A program made the position numbers and the translations under genes. The notes under the pieces are model-generated. The model was not told the DNA's origin, did not search any database, and worked only from the letters and a program-made list of their open reading frames with translations. A DNA stretch of 64,000 nt, from positions 103,159 to 167,158 of the forward strand of contig CAKSKA010000001.1 of the NCBI GenBank assembly GCA_934464615.1, read 5' to 3'. Below are positions 47,592 to 56,995 of this stretch, one piece after another (the stretch's first letter is position 1; each line of letters opens with the position of its first letter). The DNA is from an uncultured Eubacteriales bacterium (GTDB lineage Bacteria > Bacillota > Clostridia > Oscillospirales > Acutalibacteraceae).

Positions 47592-49064
47592 TTATTTTAA
47601 ATATTTATATACCGCCGCAGTTTCAAAGCCTAATTCCGCAAAATCGGATTTGCTTTTTTCATCAAAGGCATAGTATATGCCGTTTACATTTGCAAACTGT
47701 TTTTTATACTTTTCAATGTAAATGTTGTTTTTAAATTTCGGCAGCTGCATATAAGCGGATTTGCCGTTGCCGGCTTTTGCACATATATCCAAAGTTCTTG
47801 CTGCGGGGCGGTCAAACACATTTTTTTCTATTACAAAATTTTCAGAATAGTTTTCGTGGTTTTGCCATGATTTAATGTATGCGGAATCAACCGTCTTGTT
47901 GCCGTGTCCGTATCCGCCCAGTCTGCAAAAATTGTAACCGAAATAAGTATTCACAAATCCGTTATCCGTTACGTTTGGTTGTGTATTAAAAAATTCAAAG
48001 GTGTATTCGCAAGTTTCAAACAGGCAATATCTTGTTATAAAATCGCGGAAAACGGATGGCTTTTCTTCATGCCAGTGATATTGCGGAGAAACGCCGGAAT
48101 CGAATTGCTGATAAATATAGCAATGGTCCCAGACAAAATTATCGCAGGAATGCCAGCAACCGCCGCCTCCTCCCATTCTGAGATGTTCGCCCGGGCGTGT
48201 ACAGTTACCGCCGCCCCAACCGAAAACGCAGTAACTTACTGTAATGTTGCGGCTGAAATTTGCCCAAAATGCTCCTCTGCCGTAAACAAATTCAATATTG
48301 TTAATACTTATATCGTGTGCATAATTTGTAGGATTGGTATCGGCAGGCCTTGAGTTCATATTTATACAAATTTCGCTGTATACCTCCGTCGGATTTCCCT
48401 CATCACAATACATATACAACTTGCCGTCTTTGTCCGGCTCACTTGCAAATTCGGTGTTTATCATAAAATCCGTATTCTTTTTAAGGTCTTTAAAATAATA
48501 CTTTTTATTGCCGTATGTACTGCCGTAGTTAAATACTATTTCCGGAATATCCGTATCCGGCAGCGGAATACTTAAACACCACACGTTTTTTATATTTGTC
48601 ATAACCCAGGCTGCGTAAGTCTTTCCGTCATAACATGCACGTATCTGCGGTTTCCTGCCCTCGCCGTAGGCGGAGTAACTTACACCGCTTGCCGCCTTTA
48701 AAACCCCGTAAAAGACATCATTACGGCGAAGATACACGGTATCCCCGTCGCAGTATTTATAAGAGTTTACCTTTTCAAGACTTGCCCAAGCCGTCTGCGG
48801 AGTTTTGCCGTCATTATTGTCATCGCCGTCTACGTTTACGTAATATGCTGTGTTTTTACAAGGCAGGGAATCATTATTGTACAATATCATATCCCGAAGA
48901 TCATCACCAAGCCTGTCTATATTGTTTATATATTCCGCTGTTGCAAAACCGTCGGCGTCATTTGCCAGCATATCAATTTTTTTGCTGTATTCATCCGTTG
49001 TCATAATATGTTTCGGAGGACAGTAGGGAATATAAGCGGTACTGTTAGAAAGTTTGCTATCCAT
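47592..49064 (-). CDS. Beta-helix-like protein family, paralog 1 (no signal peptide)
   Basis: Shares the family motifs YYV..DGDDNNDGK..TAW, GDTVYLRR, SYSAYG, DHCYIYQQFDSGVSPQY and CLFETCEYTFEFFN. Strong GAGAGGAG RBS. Has its own terminator. Confidence 0.85.
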   Translation of the reverse strand: MDSKLSNSTAYIPYCPPKHIMTTDEYSKKIDMLANDADGFATAEYINNIDRLGDDLRDMILYNNDSLPCKNTAYYVNVDGDDNNDGKTPQTAWASLEKVNSYKYCDGDTVYLRRNDVFYGVLKAASGVSYSAYGEGRKPQIRACYDGKTYAAWVMTNIKNVWCLSIPLPDTDIPEIVFNYGSTYGNKKYYFKDLKKNTDFMINTEFASEPDKDGKLYMYCDEGNPTEVYSEICINMNSRPADTNPTNYAHDISINNIEFVYGRGAFWANFSRNITVSYCVFGWGGGNCTRPGEHLRMGGGGGCWHSCDNFVWDHCYIYQQFDSGVSPQYHWHEEKPSVFRDFITRYCLFETCEYTFEFFNTQPNVTDNGFVNTYFGYNFCRLGGYGHGNKTVDSAYIKSWQNHENYSENFVIEKNVFDRPAARTLDICAKAGNGKSAYMQLPKFKNNIYIEKYKKQFANVNGIYYAFDEKSKSDFAELGFETAAVYKYLK

Positions 49065-49154
49065 AAAAAAACTCCTCTCAAATGATGTTGTCGATATAAT
49101 TAATATATCATAAAATTTCCGACAATTATATCAAAAAATAATTCATTTTTAAGT

Positions 49155-49196
49155 TAAAAAACGCAATAATCCCGTAATTTAAATTACGGGATTATT
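49155..49196 (-). terminator. Intrinsic terminator after paralog 2
   Basis: Minus strand: AATAATCCCGTAATTTAAATTACGGGATTATT followed by GCGTTTTTT. Confidence 0.75.
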
Positions 49197-49208
49197 TAAT
49201 TTTGACGT

Positions 49209-50756
49209 TTATTCGCTGTAAATATATACAGAGTCGGTATCTGCACCGGTTTTTATAAGTTTGTTGATTTCATTCTCGTTAAACTTATACATGACATTAT
49301 TAATATTTGCGAATTTTTTGTCTTTTTTCTGTATATAAATATTGTTGTTGATTTTCGGCATTTTTTCGTAACTTAAAGTATTGCCCGAAGCCGACTGCTC
49401 GTACGATATAACTTCGAGTGTTAAGGCTGCGGCACGATCAAACAGGTTATATTCTATTTGGCAGTCAATACAGGTGTTTTCGTGTCCCCATGATTTTACG
49501 TATGCGCTCATTGAAGTCTTTGTGCCGAAACCGTAACCGCCTTTGCGGCACAGATTGTATGCAAAATACATACCTTCAAAACGGTTTTCAAGTGTATTTT
49601 TTTGGGAATTAAAGTACTCAAGGGTATATTCGCAGCCTTCAAACAAGCAGTTGGTGGTTTTAAAATCTTTAAATACAGACGGTGCTTCTTCCTCTCCGTC
49701 ATACTGGGGAGAAACACCGGAGTCAAACTGCTCATAAAAATAGCAGTGATCGTAAACAAAGTTATCGCAGCCGTGCCATGCACCGCTTCCGCCGCCGTAT
49801 CTTACGCCGCCTTTGGTGTCGGCAAATCCGCCGCACCAACCTATTATGCAGTAGGACATAAGTATATTTTGACTGTCTGTCGGCCAGAAAGGTCCGCGGC
49901 CGTGCAATAATTCAAGGTTGTTTATTGTTACATCATGCAGTTTTTTACCCGATGTTATTACCTGTGTATCAAGCGGTAATTCAATATCTGCAAAGACCTC
50001 TCCGGGATTTCCACCGTCGTAATAAACGTAAGCGCACATATCAATTTTGCCCTCTTCAACGGTAGGACCGCAGTATACAAAATCAAAATTCTTACTTAAT
50101 TTTGAAGGTTTTACTTTTTTGTCACCGCAGATTTCGTTGCCGTCTTTGTCGGTAAATAAAATATGTCCCATATCCTGTTGGGAGAATCTTTTGCTGTACT
50201 TCCATACGTTTTCTGTATCGGTCTTTTCCCAAGTGCCGTTGTCAGGGCCGTTTGTTGAGGCTACTATTCTCGGTTTATAACCCTCGCCGTAGGCGGAATA
50301 AGTCATTCCGTTCCTTGCAGACAGCGAACCGCGGAATGTATCTCCGCGACGGAAAAGGACGGCATCGCCTTCATTATAAGTATTCATACTGTTTACTTTT
50401 TCAAGAGTTTTCCATGCCGTTTTTTCCGATTTACCGTCGTTATTGTCATCACCGTCGTTAGATACATAGTAAGCGGTACCGGTAAAGGAAACGGATTCCT
50501 CATTGTATTTTATCTGTTCTTTAAGACGGTCGGTAAGATCGTCGACCTTTTTGTTAAACGCATCATCGGCAGTTGAAAAATTTGCGGTTTTAAGCAAATC
50601 CTTAAGTTCTGCCTGATACTCCTCGGTTGTCATTATGTTTTTAGGCTTAACGTACTTGTCTCCGTCTCCGCCGCCTTTTGTTTTTTTACAGGCTGATGCG
50701 GTAAAAATCAGGCAAATACATAAAATGAGTGCAGATAAATTTTTAATTTTTTTCAT
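49209..50756 (-). CDS. Beta-helix-like protein family, paralog 2 (lipoprotein)
   Basis: Signal peptide with a lipobox-like TASAC. The same family motifs are present. AAGGAG RBS. Confidence 0.85.
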   Translation of the reverse strand: MKKIKNLSALILCICLIFTASACKKTKGGGDGDKYVKPKNIMTTEEYQAELKDLLKTANFSTADDAFNKKVDDLTDRLKEQIKYNEESVSFTGTAYYVSNDGDDNNDGKSEKTAWKTLEKVNSMNTYNEGDAVLFRRGDTFRGSLSARNGMTYSAYGEGYKPRIVASTNGPDNGTWEKTDTENVWKYSKRFSQQDMGHILFTDKDGNEICGDKKVKPSKLSKNFDFVYCGPTVEEGKIDMCAYVYYDGGNPGEVFADIELPLDTQVITSGKKLHDVTINNLELLHGRGPFWPTDSQNILMSYCIIGWCGGFADTKGGVRYGGGSGAWHGCDNFVYDHCYFYEQFDSGVSPQYDGEEEAPSVFKDFKTTNCLFEGCEYTLEYFNSQKNTLENRFEGMYFAYNLCRKGGYGFGTKTSMSAYVKSWGHENTCIDCQIEYNLFDRAAALTLEVISYEQSASGNTLSYEKMPKINNNIYIQKKDKKFANINNVMYKFNENEINKLIKTGADTDSVYIYSE

Positions 50757-50890
50757 ATAAGCGCTCCTTACATCTTTATAGGATAATTATAACATATAAA
50801 AATAAATAAATATAGCAAAAAATAACTTATTTATTTGTACAAATTAAACTTGTTTTATGTATTAATCGGATGTAAAAATGAAATATATAT

Positions 50891-50921
50891 AAAAAAACCT
50901 CCCGTGTAACTGCACGGGAGG
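50891..50921 (-). terminator. Intrinsic terminator after paralog 3
   Basis: Minus strand: CCTCCCGTG-cagtta-CACGGGAGG followed by TTTTTTT. Confidence 0.8.
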
Positions 50922-50933
50922 GGGGAAACAGCG

Positions 50934-52364
50934 TTATTCGCTGAATATATACACGGAATCAATGTCGGCGTCAAGTCTTTCAAGTGTAATTTTTGCAGCC
51001 TTATTGAATTTGTATATAATATGATTAATGTTTGCAAAGTTTTTATTGCTCGGTTCAATATAAACATTGTGAGAAAGTTTGGGGATACTTCCGTAATCTA
51101 CTTCAAAACCGCAATCGCCGAAATCATGTCCTATTATTTCAATAGACATATCGGCTGCACGGTCAAATATATTGTGGGCAATTTCGCACTTTTTACAGGT
51201 GTTTTCGTGTCCCCAGGATTTAACATACCTGCTTTGTGTTGTCTTGTCACCGAAACCATATCCGCCCTTACGGCAAATGTTATAATTAAATACCATGTTG
51301 TCGTAGCCGTTAAATCTTACGGGCTTTTGTGTATGGAAATATTCAAGGGTATATTCACAATTTTCAAATACACAATCAGTTGTTTTAAAGTCTTTAAAAA
51401 TGCCGGCTGTTTCATCTTTCCAGTGGTATTGCGGTGTAACGCCCGAGTCAAATTGCTGGTAGATATAGCAGTGGTCAAATGTCATTTTATCACAGGAAAG
51501 CCATCCGCCGCCGCCGCCGCCGTAGCGTATTTGTTCTTTTTTGCTTATAAGCATACCGCCGGTCCAACCGCAAACGCAATAACTCATAGAAATGTTTTTA
51601 CTGTTTGCGGTAAAGAAAAAGTCCTGTCCGTAGCGCAGCTCAAGGTTTTTAATGGCAATATCGTGCGCATTACCGCCTATTGTTATAATACTTGCGTTGC
51701 TTTTACTGCGGCGGCTTATATCTATTTGATTGAATATATCGTTCGGGTTGCCCTTTTCGCAGCGTAAATACAGTTTATTGTCAAACGGTTCCTCGCTTGA
51801 AACTTCACCTGCAAATACAAAGTCAAGATCGTTTTTAAGGTCTTTAACACTTAATTTCTTTTCTGCATAACATTCGCCGTCGTTAAAGACTATAACGCCT
51901 ATGTCAAAATCGTTATCCAGCACTTTACTGTAGCACCAAATTCCTTCTGTGTCGGTCTTTTCCCAAGTGCCCAGCTTACCGTTATGCGCCCAAAATACCT
52001 GCGGTTTTGCGCCTGTGCCGTAAGCGGAATATGAAACGCCGTTTTGCGCAACTATATTTTCATACCATGTATCGCCTCTGCGCAGTAAAAGTGCATCGCC
52101 TGCAGTAAATGTGTGGGAATTGGCTTTGCCGAGGGTTTTCCACGCTGTTTCGGGGGAAGTACCGTCGGCACTGTCGTCACCGTCATTTGATACATAGTAA
52201 TTTGTTCCCGACTCGCTGCGTAAATCATCTGTATTTGCGCGAATCATATCTTTTGCATCCTCGGTAAGTTTATCAAGTTTATTGTAAAATTCTTCGTCTG
52301 CCGTAGTAAAATCAGGTGTTTTTGCAAGTTCTTCTATAGCAAGGCGATATTGCTTTTCATCCAT
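50934..52364 (-). CDS. Beta-helix-like protein family, paralog 3 (no signal peptide)
   Basis: Family motifs present. Starts at the Met that is internal in the lipoprotein paralogs. AAGGAG RBS, 19 nt after the paralog 4 stop. Confidence 0.85.
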   Translation of the reverse strand: MDEKQYRLAIEELAKTPDFTTADEEFYNKLDKLTEDAKDMIRANTDDLRSESGTNYYVSNDGDDSADGTSPETAWKTLGKANSHTFTAGDALLLRRGDTWYENIVAQNGVSYSAYGTGAKPQVFWAHNGKLGTWEKTDTEGIWCYSKVLDNDFDIGVIVFNDGECYAEKKLSVKDLKNDLDFVFAGEVSSEEPFDNKLYLRCEKGNPNDIFNQIDISRRSKSNASIITIGGNAHDIAIKNLELRYGQDFFFTANSKNISMSYCVCGWTGGMLISKKEQIRYGGGGGGWLSCDKMTFDHCYIYQQFDSGVTPQYHWKDETAGIFKDFKTTDCVFENCEYTLEYFHTQKPVRFNGYDNMVFNYNICRKGGYGFGDKTTQSRYVKSWGHENTCKKCEIAHNIFDRAADMSIEIIGHDFGDCGFEVDYGSIPKLSHNVYIEPSNKNFANINHIIYKFNKAAKITLERLDADIDSVYIFSE

Positions 52365-52383
52365 AATGAATTCTCCTTAATTC

Positions 52384-53802
52384 CTATTTGCTGTAAATAA
52401 ATCGGTTATCCTCTGCAAATTTTAATTCTTCAAAATCGGCATAGGTAGTTTCGTCAAAGGCATAGTCTATTTCATTTACGGTTGCAAAAGGCTTGCCTTT
52501 TGGCTCTACAAATAAATTTTGCTTTATAAGCGGAAGTTGACTGTATGAAAAACTGCGGTCATTGTTTCTGGCACAAATCGAAATTGAATGTTCGGCAGCC
52601 TCGAAAAACACATTATTTTCAATAACGCAGTTTTTACTGTGATTTTTATGGTTTTGCCAGGCTTTTAAATATGCGGAGCCGTTTGTCTTATCACCGAATC
52701 CGCAGCCGCCGTTAAAGCACAAATTATAACCGAAATACATATTTTCAAATAAATCGTCGTCGCGGTTTGTTTGCGTCTGGAAATATTCAAGCGTGTATTC
52801 GCATTTTTCAAAAAGGCAGTCAGTCGTTATAAAATCTTTAAAAATGCTGGCGTCGGCTTCACGGTAATGGTATTGCGGGGTAACGCCGGAATCAAACTGT
52901 TGATAGATATAACAGTGGTCAAAAACCATATTATTACAGGAATGCCAGCATCCCGCGCCGCCGCCGAAACGCAGCGGATTATCTTTGCTGATATATGCGC
53001 CGCCGGTCCAACCGCAAATGCAATAACTGACAAAAATATTTTTGCTGCCGGCGACAAAGAAAATATCATGTGCGTAGTTAAGTTCCAGATTTTTTATTGT
53101 AATGTCATGCGCACCGCCCGGCATTTTTATAATGCTTGCCTGAGTTTTGGTTATAAAACTGATATCTATATTGTCAAACACTTCATTCGGGTTTCCCTCG
53201 TCGCATCTGAGGTACAACCTGCCGTCCGCCGCATCATCACAAGGGAATATATAAACAAAATCCAGATTATCGGTTATATGCTTTAAAGTGTACTTCTTTT
53301 GTGCGTACTTCTCGCCGTTGTTAAATACAATAACACCTATGTCCTTATCGGCTAATTTGCAGTCGTAAAGCCAAATGCCGTCGGTTTCGGTCTTTAACCA
53401 TGCATTTTCTTTGCCGTTATGGGCAGCGTAAACTTTCGGTTTTGCACCGCTGCCGTATGCCGAGTATGTAACTCCGCTTTGCGCCGTCATATTCTCATAC
53501 CATTTATCTCCGCGGCGCAGCAACAGTGCATCACCACTGTTGTATTTATGCTCGCACGCTCTTTTAAGCGTTTTCCATGCGGTGTCGGGGGATAAGCCGT
53601 CTGCGTCGTCATTTCCTTGGGATTCTGAAACGTAATAGTTTGTACCGTCCAAGCTTGACGCGTCATCGCGGTTTTCAGTTATCATTTTGCGCAAGTCGTC
53701 CCTAAGGCTGTTTAATTTATCATAAAACACATCTGTTGCAGTTGAAAAGTTTTCTGTTTTACAAAGTTCAAGCAGACGCTCTCTGTATTCTTTTTCAGTC
53801 AT
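52384..53802 (-). CDS. Beta-helix-like protein family, paralog 4 (no signal peptide)
   Basis: Family motifs present. ATG 53802 lies behind GGAGG. The longer tracked ORF (to 53874) would overlap paralog 5. Confidence 0.82.
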   Translation of the reverse strand: MTEKEYRERLLELCKTENFSTATDVFYDKLNSLRDDLRKMITENRDDASSLDGTNYYVSESQGNDDADGLSPDTAWKTLKRACEHKYNSGDALLLRRGDKWYENMTAQSGVTYSAYGSGAKPKVYAAHNGKENAWLKTETDGIWLYDCKLADKDIGVIVFNNGEKYAQKKYTLKHITDNLDFVYIFPCDDAADGRLYLRCDEGNPNEVFDNIDISFITKTQASIIKMPGGAHDITIKNLELNYAHDIFFVAGSKNIFVSYCICGWTGGAYISKDNPLRFGGGAGCWHSCNNMVFDHCYIYQQFDSGVTPQYHYREADASIFKDFITTDCLFEKCEYTLEYFQTQTNRDDDLFENMYFGYNLCFNGGCGFGDKTNGSAYLKAWQNHKNHSKNCVIENNVFFEAAEHSISICARNNDRSFSYSQLPLIKQNLFVEPKGKPFATVNEIDYAFDETTYADFEELKFAEDNRFIYSK

Positions 53803-53824
53803 AAATTCCTCCGTGAAAACAAGG

Positions 53825-55366
53825 TTATTCGCAGAACATATAAACGGCACCGGTCTCAACTCCGAGTCTTTCAAGTTCCTCGTATGTCTTTTCGTTATAT
53901 TTATAGGTTATACCGTTTATATTCGCGAACTTTTTATCTTTTTTCTGAATGTATATATTGTTGTTCAGTTTCGGAATACGCTCATAACTCTTTGTATTGC
54001 CGGATTCAGACTGCTCATAACCTATTATTTCAAGCGTATTGGAGGCTGCACGGTCGAATACATTGTACTCTATTTTGCAGTCATAGCAGCTGTTTTCGTG
54101 TCCCCAGGATTTTACATAAGAGCTTGCCGAGGTCTTATCACCGAAACCGTAACCGCCTTTTCTGCAGAAGTTATAACCAAAGTAAAAATTCTCAAAGCTG
54201 TTTTTCAAGCTGTTTTTCTGGGTGTTAAAATATTCAAAAGTGTACTCGCAAGCCTCGAACAAGCAGTCTGCTACTTTAAAGTTTTTAAATATTGCGTCAA
54301 CATCATCACTGCCGTTATATTGCGGAGAAATGCCGGCATCAAACTGTTGCTTAAAATAGCAGTGGTCGTAGGTAATTGTGTCGCAATCCCTCCAAGCGCC
54401 TCCGCCTCCGCCGAGTCTTGTGTTATTGCTGTCATAGTTTCCGCCAACCCACGAGGACTGACAATAACTCATTGTAATGTTTGTATATCCTGTGCTGAAG
54501 AAGTGGTCGGTACCGAAATACAGGTCAAGATTATTAAAAGTTATGTCGTGTGAACCCGCTGCAAGACGTAATTGCTCGTTTCCTACAGAAAATTCAATGG
54601 TATCAAATCTTTCTGCAGGGTTGCCTTCGGTGCTGTACATATAAACTTTAAAGTCCACCGGTCTGTCGGTAGCTTTGCCGAACATATATGTAAATTGTTT
54701 GTCCTTTTTAAGCTTGCTGCGGCCGGATACCTTATCAGCATAATCTTCGTTTTCGGTGCCTACATTAAATACAACACTGCATATATCCTGCGCGCTTAAT
54801 TTTTCGCTGTACACCCAAATATTTTCGTCGTCTGTCTGTGTCCACTCTCCCTCTTTGCCGTCTATGGAGCAGTAGAACTTAGGCTTGAATCCCGTTCCGT
54901 ATGCGCTGTAAGAAACGCCGCTTTGCGCGGATATACTGCCTCTCCAAAATCCGCCGCGTTCAAACAGAACAAGGTCGCCTTCGTTTAATTTTGTACTGTT
55001 AATTTTATCAAGCGTAGCCCAGGCAGTGCTTTCCGATTTACCGTCATTACTGTCGTTGCCGTTATTTGATACATAGTATTTTGTACCGGTACATTCGGTA
55101 ATGTCATCGGTATTGTATTTTATCATTTCTTCAAGCCTGTTTCCGATTTCGTCGATCTTTTTAAGTCCGGTTTCGTCAAGGGTAGAGAAATTCTGCGTAT
55201 CAAGCAGCTTTTGCAGTTCGGAATGATATTCCTCCGTAGTCATAAGGTTTTCGGGGATAACAAACTTGCCGTCACCCGTACTGCTTTTGCTGCCGTTGCA
55301 GGCGCAAAGCGTTAAGCACATGCAAACAGCAATAAACAATGCCGATAATTTTACGGTTATTTTCAT
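53825..55366 (-). CDS. Beta-helix-like protein family, paralog 5 (lipoprotein)
   Basis: Signal peptide with lipobox LCAC. Family motifs present. Closest to paralog 6. Confidence 0.85.
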   Translation of the reverse strand: MKITVKLSALFIAVCMCLTLCACNGSKSSTGDGKFVIPENLMTTEEYHSELQKLLDTQNFSTLDETGLKKIDEIGNRLEEMIKYNTDDITECTGTKYYVSNNGNDSNDGKSESTAWATLDKINSTKLNEGDLVLFERGGFWRGSISAQSGVSYSAYGTGFKPKFYCSIDGKEGEWTQTDDENIWVYSEKLSAQDICSVVFNVGTENEDYADKVSGRSKLKKDKQFTYMFGKATDRPVDFKVYMYSTEGNPAERFDTIEFSVGNEQLRLAAGSHDITFNNLDLYFGTDHFFSTGYTNITMSYCQSSWVGGNYDSNNTRLGGGGGAWRDCDTITYDHCYFKQQFDAGISPQYNGSDDVDAIFKNFKVADCLFEACEYTFEYFNTQKNSLKNSFENFYFGYNFCRKGGYGFGDKTSASSYVKSWGHENSCYDCKIEYNVFDRAASNTLEIIGYEQSESGNTKSYERIPKLNNNIYIQKKDKKFANINGITYKYNEKTYEELERLGVETGAVYMFCE

Positions 55367-55395
55367 ATTTTTTTCCTCTTCTATATGCGGTTTAA

Positions 55396-56931
55396 TTATT
55401 CGCAGAAGAAATAAACCGCACCCGTTTCAACACCGAGTTTTTCAAGTTCCTCGTATGTTTTTTCATTGTATTTATAGTTGGTTCCGTTTATGTTCGCAAA
55501 TTTTTTGTTCTTTTTCTGTATATAGATGTTGTTATTCAGTTTCGGAATACGCTCATAACTCTTTGTATTTCCGGATTCCGCCTGCTCATATCCTATTATT
55601 TCAATAGTAGTAGAAACTGCACGGTCAAATACATTGTATTCTATTGTGCTGTCGTAGCAGGTGTTTTCATGTCCCCAAGATTTAATATAAGCGCTTTGCG
55701 ACGGCTTATCGCCGAAGCCGTAACCGCCGTTCCTGCAGAAATTGTAACCGAAGTAGAGATTTTCGTATCTGTTATCAAGATGGTTCTTTTGTGTGTTGAA
55801 ATATTCAAGCGTGTATTCGCAGCTGTCAAACAGGCAGTCCTTTGTTATAAAGTCTTTAAATACGGCTGCGGTTTCCTCCTGAGAGTTGTATTGCGGAGTA
55901 ACGCCTGAGTCAAACTGTTGCTTAAAATAGCAGTGGTCGAATACAAGATTGTCACTGTCGCGCCAAGAGCCGCTGCCGCCGCCGAGTCTGACAAGATTTC
56001 CGTCATATGCGCCGCCTGCCCAGTTTGATATGCAGTAAGACATTATTATATTTTTAGGCGATGTTGCCCAATAGCCGTTCATACCGAAGTACATATTGAG
56101 GTTGTTGAGGGTTATGTCGTGTCCGCCGTCGGGAATGCTTACCTGTTCACCGGCCAAAGATATTTCTATTGTGTTGAATCTTTCCGCCGGATTTCCCTCG
56201 GTGCTGTACATATAAATTTTAAAGTCTATCGGTCTGTCGGTAGCTTTTCCGTACATATATGTAAACTGCATATCCTTTTTCAGTTTTTCACGTCCGGATA
56301 CTTTGTCGGCGTATGTTTCGGTTTCCTCGTCAACATTGAAAACAAGACTGCATACATCCGCTGTGCTCATTTTTTCGCTGTAAACCCAAATGTTTTCGTC
56401 TTCTGTCTGCGTCCATTCGCCGCTTTTGCCGTCTGAAGAACAGTAGAATTTAGGCTTAAATCCTGTGCCGTATGCACTGTAGGAAACGCCGCTTTGCGCA
56501 GATATGTAGCCGCGCCAAAAACCGCCGCGCTCAAACAAAACAAGGTCACCTTCCTCAAGTCGTGTATTGTTTACTTTTTTAAGTGTAGCCCACGCAGTTT
56601 CGGGAGTTTTGCCGTCATTATCGTCGTTACCTTTATTTGATACATAGTATTTTGTACCGGTACATTCGGTAATGTCCTCGGTGTTATATACTATCATTTC
56701 TTCAAGTCTGTTACCGAGTTCGTCAATTTTTTTAAGTCCCTCTTCATCAAGTGTGGAGAAGTTTTGCGTATCAAGCAGCTTTTGCAGTTCTGCATGATAT
56801 TCTTCCGTAGTCATAAGATTTTTAGGAACGACAAATTTGCTGTCGCCTGTACCGCCTTTGCTGCCGTTGCAGGCACAAAGTAACATGCAAAGGCAAATCG
56901 CCATTGCTGTCAGTTTTAAAAATTTTTTCAT
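55396..56931 (-). CDS. Beta-helix-like protein family, paralog 6 (lipoprotein)
   Basis: Signal peptide with lipobox LCAC. Family motifs present. Confidence 0.85.
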   Translation of the reverse strand: MKKFLKLTAMAICLCMLLCACNGSKGGTGDSKFVVPKNLMTTEEYHAELQKLLDTQNFSTLDEEGLKKIDELGNRLEEMIVYNTEDITECTGTKYYVSNKGNDDNDGKTPETAWATLKKVNNTRLEEGDLVLFERGGFWRGYISAQSGVSYSAYGTGFKPKFYCSSDGKSGEWTQTEDENIWVYSEKMSTADVCSLVFNVDEETETYADKVSGREKLKKDMQFTYMYGKATDRPIDFKIYMYSTEGNPAERFNTIEISLAGEQVSIPDGGHDITLNNLNMYFGMNGYWATSPKNIIMSYCISNWAGGAYDGNLVRLGGGSGSWRDSDNLVFDHCYFKQQFDSGVTPQYNSQEETAAVFKDFITKDCLFDSCEYTLEYFNTQKNHLDNRYENLYFGYNFCRNGGYGFGDKPSQSAYIKSWGHENTCYDSTIEYNVFDRAVSTTIEIIGYEQAESGNTKSYERIPKLNNNIYIQKKNKKFANINGTNYKYNEKTYEELEKLGVETGAVYFFCE

Positions 56932-56995
56932 TTTTTACCTAACCTTTCTTTTCCGCATAGGGATTTTTATAAACAGCACATTTTGTGCAATTATA

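Noticed and set aside
51021-54553. Antisense ORFs of 246-248 aa (51021-51767, 53813-54553) and others opposite the paralog array.
   Set aside because: Each lies entirely within a paralog gene whose protein shows strong family conservation on the minus strand. The antisense translations are low-complexity (Phe/Ile/Val-rich) and have no start context. They recur because the genes are paralogs.
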